NCBI GenBank assembly: GCA_963774915.1
Contig: CAVZGR010000006.1
Coordinates: 13,463-77,462 of the forward strand
Origin: an uncultured Acidimicrobiaceae bacterium
GTDB lineage: Bacteria > Actinomycetota > Acidimicrobiia > Acidimicrobiales > RAAP-2
Reading direction: 5' to 3'
DNA length: 64,000 bases
A program made the position numbers and the translations under genes. Below the pieces are notes generated by a model, which saw only the letters and a list, made by a program, of their open reading frames with translations, was not told where the DNA came from and ran no database searches. Within the stretch, counting starts at the first letter, position 1. Each line of letters begins with the position of its first letter. Below, in pieces: positions 56,432-64,000 of this stretch.

Positions 56432-58232
56432 ATGGACAATCGCACACTCTTCCCACCGGCCCCGATCCGTGCCACCTTCGCCTACTGCTGGCGACAGATG
56501 CGGCCCGACCGCGTCCCATTTTCCGCGGCCTGGGCGGGCATTGCCCTCAGCACCCTGGCCAATGCCGTGGCCGCCCCCCTCATCTTTGCCACCCTGCTGG
56601 GTCGGATCGCCACCTTGCAGGGGCGCTCCGCTCACTGGTCGAGCTTCAGCGGACTGATCATCGCCTACGCCGTCGTCCTCGTGACCTCGACCCTCATTTC
56701 GCCGCGCCGCGGGCTGGCTCAATTGGGGAGCGACGATTCGGTCCTTCGCCCGGGCCATCACCAACGGCTACGACCACCTCATCGAGCTGAGCCACCGCTG
56801 GCACACCGACCGGCCCTCCGGCGAGGTCATCTCGTCCCTCGAAACCTTCTCGTGGGCCTTCGTCGAGGTCATCGACATGGTCACCTGGGGTCTGCTCCGG
56901 GTGGCCGTGACCGTCCTCGGGGCCATCGTCGTGCTCGCCATCTTCGCCTGGCCGGTGGCCGTGATCCTCGCCATCCTGGCTGTCGTCTTCGGCGGCGTCC
57001 TCTGGCGCCGTATGGCCAAGGTGGTCGCGGCCGAGCAGGAATTCTCCGACACCCACTCACAGGCGACCGGGGTCATTGCCGACACCGTCGCCAATCTCAC
57101 CACCGTGCGCACCCAGGCCACCGAGGAGCGGGAGAAGTCGCACGTGGCCGACGTGGTGGCTGCTTCGGTCCGAGCCGACCTGCGGGCTCGCCGGGTGTTC
57201 TCGGCCACGCGCCTACAGATGGAGTCGTCGATGGCCGTCCTCAACTGGGCCGCCATCGTCATCGGATTGGTGCTGGCCCTCCACCACGTGGTGGCGGCTT
57301 CCGCCATCTACCTGGTGCTGTTCTACGCCACCTATGTGGGCAACTCGCTCGAGGAGTCCTTCGAGTACGTGCGCGTCATCTCGCGGGCGCTCGGGCGCTG
57401 CGCCAAGTTCGTCGGCATCGCCGAGACCGAGCCGGAGATCCGCGACGCCCCCGTCGCCCCCGACCTGTGGGTGACCGACGGCCGTCTCGAGTTCCGCGAC
57501 GTGCACTTCTCGTACCGACCCGACGCACCCCTGTTCCGCGGGCTCGACGTGCGCATCGAGCCCGGTGAGCACGTGGGACTGGTCGGCTCTTCGGGATCGG
57601 GCAAGACGACCCTGACCAAGCTCATCCTGCGGTTCATGGACATCGAGGGGGGCGCCATCCTGCTCGACGGCCAGGACAACGCCGCGGTCACCCAGCGCTC
57701 GCTGCGTGACCACATCTCCTACGTCCCACAAGACCCCCAGATGCTGCACCGGACCATCGCCGAGAACATCTGCTACGGCGTGCCCGGGCTCGACCGCCCC
57801 GACATGGACCTCGTCGGCGAAGTGGGCCGGGCCGCCCACGTCGAGGAGTTCGTGCGCACCCTTCCCGACGGCTACGACACGGTGGTCGGGGAGCGCGGGC
57901 TCAAGCTCTCGGGTGGCCAGCGTCAGCGGGTGGCCATCGCCCAGGCCATGGCCAAGGCCGCGCCGTACCTCATCCTCGACGAGGCCACCTCCGCCCTCGA
58001 CTCGGAGTCGGAGTCCCTCGTCCAAGAGGCGCTGTGGCGGCTCATGGAGGGCTCGACCGCGCTCGTCGTGGCCCATCGGTTGGCCACCATCGCCCGGTTG
58101 GACCGCATTCTCGTCCTCGAACGCGGCGGTGTGGTCGAGGAGGGCACTCACGCCGACCTACTGACCTCCTCCGACGCCGGCGTCTACCGCCGGTTGTGGG
58201 AGCACCAGTCGGGTGGGTTTCTGGCCGCGTGA
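56432..58232 (+). pseudogene. ABC exporter, fused permease/ATPase (MsbA/ABCB-type), one frameshift in the first TM helices
   Basis: The N-part is MDNRTLF...AVAAPLIFATLLGRI...LIIAYAVVLVTSTLI. The frame switches near 56700. It continues ...IRSFARAITNGYDHLIELSHRWHTDRPSGEVISS...; Walker A GSSGSGKTT, signature LSGGQRQRVAIA, Walker B YLILDEATSALD. Confidence 0.85.
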
Positions 58233-58363
58233 TGGGGATGTGGCGTCGAGGCTGCGTGCATGGGTCGAGGAGGAGAGGTAGACAGACGTCTCGGTCGTCG
58301 TCGACCAGCACCGGTGGTGTCGCAAGCTGCCGCGACGGTCGTTCAACGGAGAAGGGAGATCCC

Positions 58364-59056
58364 ATGACCGTCGAGATGACCCGGCTGACCAAGGAGTCCG
58401 ACGACTACGTCGCCGCCCGCGACGAGCTGCGGAAATCCGAGGTCGCGCTCATGGAGTTGGGCGAGCGGGTGGCCGCTCAACGCCGGCAGCTTCCGGCGGG
58501 TCCGGTCGTGGAGGACTACGTCTTCGAGGAAGGCCCGGTCGACCTCGGTGCCGGGGAGGAGCCCATCCGCCAGGTTCGCCTCAGTGAGCTGTTCAACGGC
58601 GTAGGCCGCCCGCTCATCGTGTACCACTTCATGTACGGCAAGGCCCAGACCTCGGCCTGCCCCATGTGCACGATGTGGATCGACGGCTACAACGGCATCG
58701 TCGATCACGTGACGCAGAACGCCGACTTCGTGATCGTTGCCGCGGCCGACGTCCCGACCTTGCGGGGCTATGCCCGAGGCCGCGGTTGGGACCGCCTCCG
58801 GCTGTTGAGCGCGGGCTCGAGCACGTTCAAGTACGACCTCAAGAGCGAGGACGAGGACGGCAACCAGGACTCGACCGTCTCGGTCTTCACCCGGGACCCG
58901 GACGGCAGCGTCCGCCACCGCTACACCGCTCACCCGTGGATGTCGGAGGAGATCCGGGAGCGGGGTATCGACCTCCTGTCGCCGGTCTGGAACCTCCTCG
59001 ACCTCACGCCAGAGGGTCGCGACAACTGGTATCCGTCGCTGAGCTACCCGAGCTGA
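58364..59056 (+). CDS. DUF899-family thioredoxin-fold protein
   Basis: The ATG is preceded by GGAGAAGGGAG. YVAARDELRKSEVALMEL...LPAG..VEDYVF.E..., LIVYHFMYG.....CPMCTMWIDGYNG, YTAHPWM. Confidence 0.8.
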   Translation: MTVEMTRLTKESDDYVAARDELRKSEVALMELGERVAAQRRQLPAGPVVEDYVFEEGPVDLGAGEEPIRQVRLSELFNGVGRPLIVYHFMYGKAQTSACPMCTMWIDGYNGIVDHVTQNADFVIVAAADVPTLRGYARGRGWDRLRLLSAGSSTFKYDLKSEDEDGNQDSTVSVFTRDPDGSVRHRYTAHPWMSEEIRERGIDLLSPVWNLLDLTPEGRDNWYPSLSYPS

Positions 59057-59703
59057 GCGTCTGGCGAACGGCCTCGGGCCGCGAACGCGGCCTGACGGCC
59101 GCCGGGTCGGCCCGGGCTTGCCGGCACCGGAACCGGGGCCGGTCCGCGTCGCCAGCTGCCGCCGTCGACGAACCGCCAGTTGGCGGTGGCGAAGAAGCGC
59201 CGGGGATCGTCGTGCAGCATGAGGAGCAGGTTGGCCCACACGTCGGCCTCGGGCATCGGATGTCGCTCGGGCTCCAACGGAACGACACACAAGAGAAGCT
59301 CCCGCCCCGACGGTCGCGGCCGGAAGTGCAACTGGTAGAGCCGGCCGAGGCGCACCGAGCCAGCCGGTGTCGACACCCAGAAGCAACGGTCGCGCCGCCA
59401 CTCCTCGAGCTGCTGTGGGGACAGCAGCGATTCCAAGAGGGCGCCGGCTTTGGCTTCGGCCACCCGCGTCGGCGTCCGATGTGCGTGTCCGGGCGGTGCC
59501 GGTCGTGCGGGCGCTCGAGTCGGTGGGGGTGCCGCGGAAAGTTGGGGTGGCTCGTCCCCGTCGAGGTACCAGGAGAGGGCTCGCACCCCGGGGTGGCCCA
59601 CGGCGCCCATGACGACGACCATCTCGCCGTCATGGGTGCCACCGACGATCTGTACGAGCGTGCGGCCGGGCCCCAGCTCCTCGAGCACGGCGACGCTCGG
59701 CAC
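59044..59703 (-). CDS. Hypothetical 220-aa protein (small N-domain, Pro-rich linker, conserved-looking C-domain), second gene of the SOS-box operon
   Basis: The GTG at 59703 lies 2 nt after the TAG of the upstream gene. The reading is good: ...LVQIVGGTHDGEMVVVMGAVGHPG...LLESLLSPQQLEEWRRDRCFWVSTPAGSVRLGRLYQLHF...LLCVVPLEPERHPMPEADVWANLLLMLHDDPRRFFATANW. No family name recalled. Confidence 0.6.
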   Translation of the reverse strand: MPSVAVLEELGPGRTLVQIVGGTHDGEMVVVMGAVGHPGVRALSWYLDGDEPPQLSAAPPPTRAPARPAPPGHAHRTPTRVAEAKAGALLESLLSPQQLEEWRRDRCFWVSTPAGSVRLGRLYQLHFRPRPSGRELLLCVVPLEPERHPMPEADVWANLLLMLHDDPRRFFATANWRFVDGGSWRRGPAPVPVPASPGRPGGRQAAFAARGRSPDAQLG

Positions 59704-59705
59704 GG

Positions 59706-59936
59706 CTACCCGCCGGCGATGGGGCGGACCCAGATGATCTCTTCGAGACCCGGGTCGAAGGTCGTGATCCGCTCGGCGTCCTCCGCCGTCGCCCCGGAGG
59801 TGCGGGCGAAGGGGATCCGGCGCTCGGCCGACAGCCGGACGAACAGCTCCTCGGCTTCCCGCACCGCTGCCTGGTCGTCGATCTCCCAGTCCACGAGCGT
59901 GTCGCCCGTCGAGTCGAGAATTCGCATGGTGCCCAT
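59706..59936 (-). CDS. Hypothetical 76-aa protein, first gene of the SOS-box operon
   Basis: ATG 59936 is preceded by AAAGGAG with a 6-nt spacer. It translates to MGTMRILDSTGDTLVDWEIDDQAAVREAEELFVRLSAERRIPFARTSGATAEDAERITTFDPGLEEIIWVRPIAGG*. Confidence 0.7.
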   Translation of the reverse strand: MGTMRILDSTGDTLVDWEIDDQAAVREAEELFVRLSAERRIPFARTSGATAEDAERITTFDPGLEEIIWVRPIAGG

Positions 59937-59973
59937 GTGGGGCTCCTTTCGGGTCGGTCCCACGCACCGTCTA

Positions 59974-59989
59974 TCGAACATGTGTTCGG
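59974..59989. promoter_or_regulatory. Candidate LexA (SOS) box TCGAAC-ATGT-GTTCGG
   Basis: Matches 11/12 positions of the mycobacterial/actinobacterial SOS-box consensus TCGAAC-N4-GTTCGA. It lies between the divergent starts at 59936 (-) and 60063 (+). Confidence 0.55.
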
Positions 59990-60062
59990 CTGTGGAGCGC
60001 AAGGGGCAAATCCTGGGGATTTCCGAGCGGCGCGGTCTTGGCTCTGCTCGGGAGGCCATCTG

Positions 60063-61320
60063 ATGTCCCTCTGGCGTCACCGCGACTTCCGTCGGCTGTG
60101 GGGCGGCGAGACGGTGAGCGAGCTCGGCAGCCAGGTCAGCCTGCTGGCCATCCCCCTCCTGGCCGTGCGGATCCTGCACGCCAGCCCCTTCGAGATGGGA
60201 GTGCTCACCGCCGCGTCGACGGCCGCCTTCTTGGTGGTGGGGCTACCGACCGGCGTGTGGGTCGACCGCCTGTCCCACCGCTCCGTGATGATCGCGGCCG
60301 ACCTCGGCCGCCTGCTGGCCATGGGGAGCATCCCTGTCGCCTATGCCCTGGGATCGCTCGGGTTGCCCCAGCTCTACGCGGTCGCCCTCGCCGCCGGCGT
60401 GTTCACCGTCTTCTTCGATGTGGCCTACCAGTCGTACCTTCCGACCCTGGTCGGGTTCGAAGCGGTGACCGAGGGCAACGCCAAGCTCAGCACCAGCGCC
60501 CAGGTCGCGCAGGTGGCGGGTCCGAGCGTGGCCGGCGGGCTCGTGCAGGCCTTCGGGAGCGCGGTTGCCGTGACGGCGGATGCCGTGAGCTTCGCCTTCT
60601 CGGCCGTGGCCATCACCGCCATCCGGTCGCGGACGCCGCCCCTCCATGTGCCAGAGCACAGGGGGATGCGCCGAGAGATCGCCGAAGGCCTCCGGTTCGT
60701 GTGGGGTCACCGGCTGTTGCGGGCCATCGCGGCGACGACCGCCACCTCCAATTTCTTCGGGGGCATCGTGGCCGCCATCGAGATCGTGTTCCTGGTGCGG
60801 GTGGTGCACGTCGAGCCGGCGGTCATCGGCCTGATCCTGGCCTGCGCCGGCGCGGGCGGCGTGCTCGGAGCCGTCAACGCCGCCCGGATTGCCGCCTGGA
60901 TCGGGGGCGCCCGGGCCACCATCGTGGGCATCGCCTGCACCGCGAGCATGCTGCTTCTGCCGCTCAGCACGACCTGCGTCCGCACCCTGGCTCTTCTCCA
61001 TTGGCTGGTTCATCTCCGGCTTCGGCGCCGTCCTCTACAACGTCAACCAGGTGAGCTTTCGCCAGCGACTCTGTCCACCCGCCCTCCTTGGTCGCATGAA
61101 CGCGACCATGCGCTTCATCGTCTGGGGGGTCCTGCCCTTCGGCGCCCTCATCGGCGGGGTGCTCGGACAGAAGGTCGGCCTCCGGCCGACCCTCTGGGTG
61201 GGCGCCGTGGGCGGGGTGTCGGCCATCGGATGGCTCCTCGCCTCGCCCCTTGTCGGGCTGCGCGATTTCCCGACAGAGCCACCCACCACACCATCAGCGG
61301 AGGAGGGCTCGCCGGCATGA
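60063..61320 (+). pseudogene. MFS transporter (EntS/MFS_3-like), one frameshift
   Basis: MSLWRHRDFRRLWGGETVSELGSQVS.LA.PLLAV, VDRLSHR. The frame switches near 60970 (MLLLPLS | ...ASAPWLFSIGWFISGFGAVLYNVNQVSFRQ...GRMNATMRF). Confidence 0.8.
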
Positions 61321-61406
61321 CGGGGCGACGGGTGACGTGACGGGGTCACCGGGGTAACGGGCCGCAGCCGGGCGACGCCCTGGCCTGCGCTGGTTACAGT
61401 CCAACC

Positions 61407-62282
61407 ATGCCTACCGTTCACGCCAACGGAATCGACCTTTGCTACGAGACCATCGGGTCGGGTGATCCACTCCTGCTGGTGCACGGCCTCGGTGGCCAGC
61501 TGATCGACTGGCCCGATGGTTTTTGCCAGGAGCTGAGCGGCCGGGGCTTCGCAGTGACCCGCTACGACAACCGCGACGCCGGCCTCTCCACCAAGTTCGG
61601 CGACAAGCCAGCGGCGGACTTCGTGGCCATCCTCGGTGGCGACCTGTCGACGGCGCCCTATCGAGTGGCCGACATGGCCGCCGACGCGGCCGGTCTCATC
61701 GAGGCGTTGGGTCTGGCTCCCGCCCATGTGGTCGGCGTGTCCATGGGCGGGATGATCGTGCAGCAGCTGGCCATCGACCGTCCCGATCTCGTGCGGAGCC
61801 TGTGCTCGATCATGTCCACGACCGGAGACCCATTGGTCGGCCGTCCGTCCGATGCGGCCATGCAGGTCCTCCTCACCCCACCGCCGACGGAACGCGAGGC
61901 CTACTGCGATCGTGAGGTCGAGACCTGGAAGATCATCGGGTCGCCGGGATTCCCCTTCGACGAGGCGGAGACCCGACGCCGGGCCGCGGCCTCCTTCGAT
62001 CGATCGTTCTACCCGGAGGGTACGGCTCGCCAGCTGGCGGCCATCATGGCCTCACCCGACCGCACCGACGCTCTGGGCTCGGTGCGTGCCCCGGCGCTCG
62101 TGATCCACGGAGAAGACGACGCCCTCATCAACGTGAGCGGCGGTCGTGCGACGGCGGCGGCCCTTCCCGAACCCGAGCTCCTTCTCATCCCGGGCATGGG
62201 CCACAGCCTTCCGCCCGAGGTGTGGGACCGAGTGGTGGACGCCATCGCCGCCAACGCCACCCGGGCCACGGCCGCCGCCTGA
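61407..62282 (+). CDS. Alpha/beta hydrolase
   Basis: PLLLVHGLGGQ, nucleophile elbow VVGVSMGGMIV, ALVIHGEDDALI, PGMGHSLP. Confidence 0.85.
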   Translation: MPTVHANGIDLCYETIGSGDPLLLVHGLGGQLIDWPDGFCQELSGRGFAVTRYDNRDAGLSTKFGDKPAADFVAILGGDLSTAPYRVADMAADAAGLIEALGLAPAHVVGVSMGGMIVQQLAIDRPDLVRSLCSIMSTTGDPLVGRPSDAAMQVLLTPPPTEREAYCDREVETWKIIGSPGFPFDEAETRRRAAASFDRSFYPEGTARQLAAIMASPDRTDALGSVRAPALVIHGEDDALINVSGGRATAAALPEPELLLIPGMGHSLPPEVWDRVVDAIAANATRATAAA

Positions 62283-62370
62283 GGCGCGCCAAGAACCAAC
62301 GCCGCAACCGGCTCGATCGGCTTCGGCTCTCGCCAGGTCGCCGGTTCGGCCCGGGCGTACGCTTCTCGAT

Positions 62371-62895
62371 ATGAGCGACACGTCGTCATTGGCGGGCTTG
62401 CAGGGTGCCGACCGACAGGCGGCCGCCGTCCGGCGCAAGGAACTCGCCGACCGCTACCTCACGTCACGAGGTGACCGCTCGGCCTCCTCGGCTCGCGGCG
62501 TCCACCACGTTGCTCTACTCGTGGCCGACGTCGAGCGAACGATCAACTTCTATCAGGGCATCCTCGAGTTCCCGCTCACCGAGATCTTCGAGAACCGCGA
62601 CTACGGCGGCTCGACCCATTTCTTCTTCGACATCGGGAACGGCAACGCGTTGGCCTTCTTCGACCTCCCAGGGCTTGACCTCGCTCCCTATGAGGAGGTC
62701 CTCGGTGGGTTGCACCACCTGGCCATCTCCGTCGAACCCGAACGCTGGGAGCGGCTGCGGTCGAATCTCGACGAGTCCGGAATCCCGTACCAGCATGTCG
62801 ATGGGTCCTCCCTCTACTTTCGAGACCCGGACGCGGCGCGCCTCGAGCTCATCAGCGATCCGCTCGGCGAGATGTACGGCTCGCCGGTCGTCTGA
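62371..62895 (+). CDS. VOC-family (glyoxalase-fold) protein
   Basis: ATG 62371. GVHHVALLVADVERTINFYQGILEF, HFFFDIG, LHHLAISV, LYFRDPDAARLELI. Confidence 0.8.
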   Translation: MSDTSSLAGLQGADRQAAAVRRKELADRYLTSRGDRSASSARGVHHVALLVADVERTINFYQGILEFPLTEIFENRDYGGSTHFFFDIGNGNALAFFDLPGLDLAPYEEVLGGLHHLAISVEPERWERLRSNLDESGIPYQHVDGSSLYFRDPDAARLELISDPLGEMYGSPVV

Positions 62896-62996
62896 CCGCC
62901 CGTCATCTCCGGCGTCTGACGCACTCAGGTGGGGAAGCTCGACCCGGGCTGACCCTTCTGAACGGGATCCATCCACCTCGGGCACGTTCTGATTCG

Positions 62997-63473
62997 TCAC
63001 GAAACGGCGTTGGCCACATAGGGACGAAGTTGGGCCCGGAGGTCGCCGGTCGTGTCCAAACGGTAGAGCGGACTGTTTCCCTCGGCGATCAGATTCCGAA
63101 TCGTGGCGACGGTTCGCACGTCCATTGGACCCGAGCGGAGGCGATCGATGACGGCTCGAAGCTCCGCGTGGGCGGCACGTACCGCTTGTCGGTTGACCGG
63201 GACCCGCAGGCGGGCAGGGCTCGACGGGTCGGCCGCGGCGACGATCCGCTCGAGGGCGTCCGCCAGGCGGGCTCCCTCCGAAGGCTGGGTGAGCACCTGG
63301 GCACGGAGGGCCAAGGGGACGCTCCCTTCGGGTGAGGCGCCCTGGGCCAGCTCACGATCGAGGTGTGAGGCGTTCATCCGGGTCTGCACACGTTCGAACC
63401 ATCCGACCCGATGAACTGCCAGGACTCCACCATCTTCCAGAATCACGACCATCTGCGCTCCTCTCGTCTTCAT
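62997..63473 (-). CDS. Hypothetical protein (158 aa, helical)
   Basis: Intact ORF divergent from the CGNR/ABATE gene. No family recognised. Confidence 0.5.
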   Translation of the reverse strand: MKTRGAQMVVILEDGGVLAVHRVGWFERVQTRMNASHLDRELAQGASPEGSVPLALRAQVLTQPSEGARLADALERIVAAADPSSPARLRVPVNRQAVRAAHAELRAVIDRLRSGPMDVRTVATIRNLIAEGNSPLYRLDTTGDLRAQLRPYVANAVS

Positions 63474-63502
63474 GGATCCGCCACTTCACCGGGGGGTTTA
63501 TC

Positions 63503-63515
63503 GGTAGTGACTACC
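63503..63515. promoter_or_regulatory. 13-bp perfect palindrome GGTAGT-G-ACTACC in an AT-rich divergent intergenic region
   Basis: Read directly, between the starts at 63473 (-) and 63590 (+). GGTCA/GGTAC half-sites recur downstream. Confidence 0.25.
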
Positions 63516-63589
63516 AAAGCAACTATAGAGGTCATGAACAGACCAGTCAAATCAGTTTGAAGGTCACTAGGTACACTGAGGAGATGACC

Positions 63590-64000
63590 ATGCCATCGTG
63601 GGTTCCCGCCGACGAGACCAAGCCGGCCCCGATGCCCGCCCTGTTGGTGCAGTCATTCGTGAACACGTGGGAGGGCGACTCGGACATCGACATCCTCGGC
63701 GAGAACGCCTCCGCCCGTGACTGGCTGACCGAAACCGGACTCTTGAGGGTGGGGGCGAGGCTGACCGACGAGGACCTCAACCTGGCTCGGGGCTTACGGG
63801 AGAGCATCCGATCCCTGTTGGTCCACAACGGCGGTGGTCCTCCGCCGACGGCGGCCGAACTGGCGGCCTTGCGCACCGTGGCCCGCGGCAGTTGGATCCA
63901 ACCGGCGATCTCCTCGGAGGGTGCAGTGGACCTCGAGCTCGAAGGCAGTGGCGACGGCTTGGCCTTGGGCCGACTGCTTGTCATCATCCGCGACGCGCAG
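63590..64000 (+). CDS. ABATE-domain / CGNR zinc-finger family protein, N-terminal part (runs off the 3' edge)
   Basis: Not in the ORF track because there is no stop in the window. GAGGAG lies 6 nt upstream of ATG 63590. It translates to MPSWVPADETKPAPMPALLVQSFVNTWEGDSDIDILGENASARDWLTETGLL...LNLARGLRESIRSLL, the N-terminal pattern of ABATE/CGNR proteins. Confidence 0.6.
   Translation, partial: MPSWVPADETKPAPMPALLVQSFVNTWEGDSDIDILGENASARDWLTETGLLRVGARLTDEDLNLARGLRESIRSLLVHNGGGPPPTAAELAALRTVARGSWIQPAISSEGAVDLELEGSGDGLALGRLLVIIRDAQ

Noticed and set aside
56163-58232. RiPP/bacteriocin gene cluster (small Cys-containing peptide plus ABC exporter).
   Set aside because: There is no modification enzyme, no C39 peptidase domain on the exporter N-terminus and no immunity gene. 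It is kept only as a low-confidence small-ORF observation.

Overview
This is a high-GC (roughly 68-70% by eye) chromosomal window with actinobacterial hallmarks. These include mycothiol-linked enzymes, an Eis-like GNAT, a MarP-like CvpA/trypsin protease, an Rpf-like transglycosylase domain, a Nur-like Fur regulator next to a NiCoT transporter, and a TCGAAC-N4-GTTCG SOS box. I count about 60 protein-coding genes and one tRNA-Lys(CUU). I saw no rRNA, CRISPR array, transposase or integrase. Most genes are ordinary metabolic, envelope or transport functions: a PelF-like glycosyltransferase at the 5' edge, GT39, GH1, GH15, NAD-formate dehydrogenase, mycothiol-dependent formaldehyde dehydrogenase, CobA, ClpP, LysRS, and ABC/MFS/APC/DMT transporters. 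Two points cut across the window. (1) At least 28 +/-1 frame changes interrupt 17 otherwise well-conserved genes. The protein continues seamlessly in a neighbouring frame each time, and some shifts sit at short homopolymers. This looks more like indel-type consensus error than decay, although three genes are hit 3-5 times each. (2) Several loci are worth follow-up: a live ClpP facing an XRE regulator coupled to a ClpP paralogue with no catalytic triad; a DNA-methyltransferase island with two orphan nuclease-like proteins; an SOS-box-preceded two-gene operon of unknown function; a split LysX (LysRS coupled to a metallophosphoesterase/lysyl-PG-synthase fusion) near tRNA-Lys; a six-repeat Rpf-like fusion protein; and GH15 with a histone-like basic tail. 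All family names come from motif recognition by eye. No database search was run, and start codons are often uncertain.
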